A DNA stretch of 64,000 nucleotides from Eledone cirrhosa (taxonomy: Eukaryota): positions 251,720,001 through 251,784,000 of the forward strand of contig OZ024742.1 in NCBI GenBank assembly GCA_964016885.1, given 5' to 3'. Position numbers and translations under genes: made by a program. Positions within the stretch are counted from its first letter, which is position 1. Each line of letters starts with the position of its first letter. The notes beneath the pieces were generated by a model, which had not been told where the DNA came from, made no database searches, and saw only the letters and a program-made list of their open reading frames with translations. This document shows, one piece after another, positions 63,756 through 64,000 of the stretch.

Positions 63756-64000
63756 GTAAGAGTTTGTTAACTTTGCTTAAATTTATTAAGAGCTACCAAA
63801 GGATTTGTTTACATGTAGTTTTGTTGGACTATTACAGGGATAAATATATTTTTTCAAATTATTTTATTGCAAATTTCATTTAAGTAGTATTGATAAAAAC
63901 AGCCTGTGAGTAAAATACTGAACCAAAACTATATGTAAAATATATGTGGTGATAACAAAACATACACATTTTATAATAGTGACACTAATTATGAAAAATG

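Overview
AT-rich, microsatellite-dense eukaryotic DNA with no intact host gene. The SINE families and repeat make-up suggest a cephalopod (Octopus-like) genome; this is an inference. The window is a nest of transposable elements: RTE, CR1 and CRE-like LINE fragments, tRNA-derived SINEs, a near-complete Ty3/Gypsy LTR element (33756-37964), a very young non-coding LTR element with a tRNA-Trp PBS (30726-32707), a near full-length Penelope-like element with tandem pseudo-LTRs (40531-47964), Helitron arrays, a mariner remnant and foldback MITEs. The main hidden signal is RNA structure. By eye I find about 15 type-I hammerhead ribozyme motifs (intact and decayed) from several unrelated sequence families. 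They include a 312-bp tandem array with one minimal hammerhead per unit (retrozyme-like, 25001-26129) and four inverted-repeat elements with outward-facing hammerheads in both arms. There is also an intronless DNMT1 C-terminal retrocopy fused to a CR1 3' end inside an RTE element, histone-type stem-loops inside a MITE, and a 3.7-kb hexamer array that looks like the expanded telomere-like loop of a foldback element. All structures were read manually and many boundaries are approximate.
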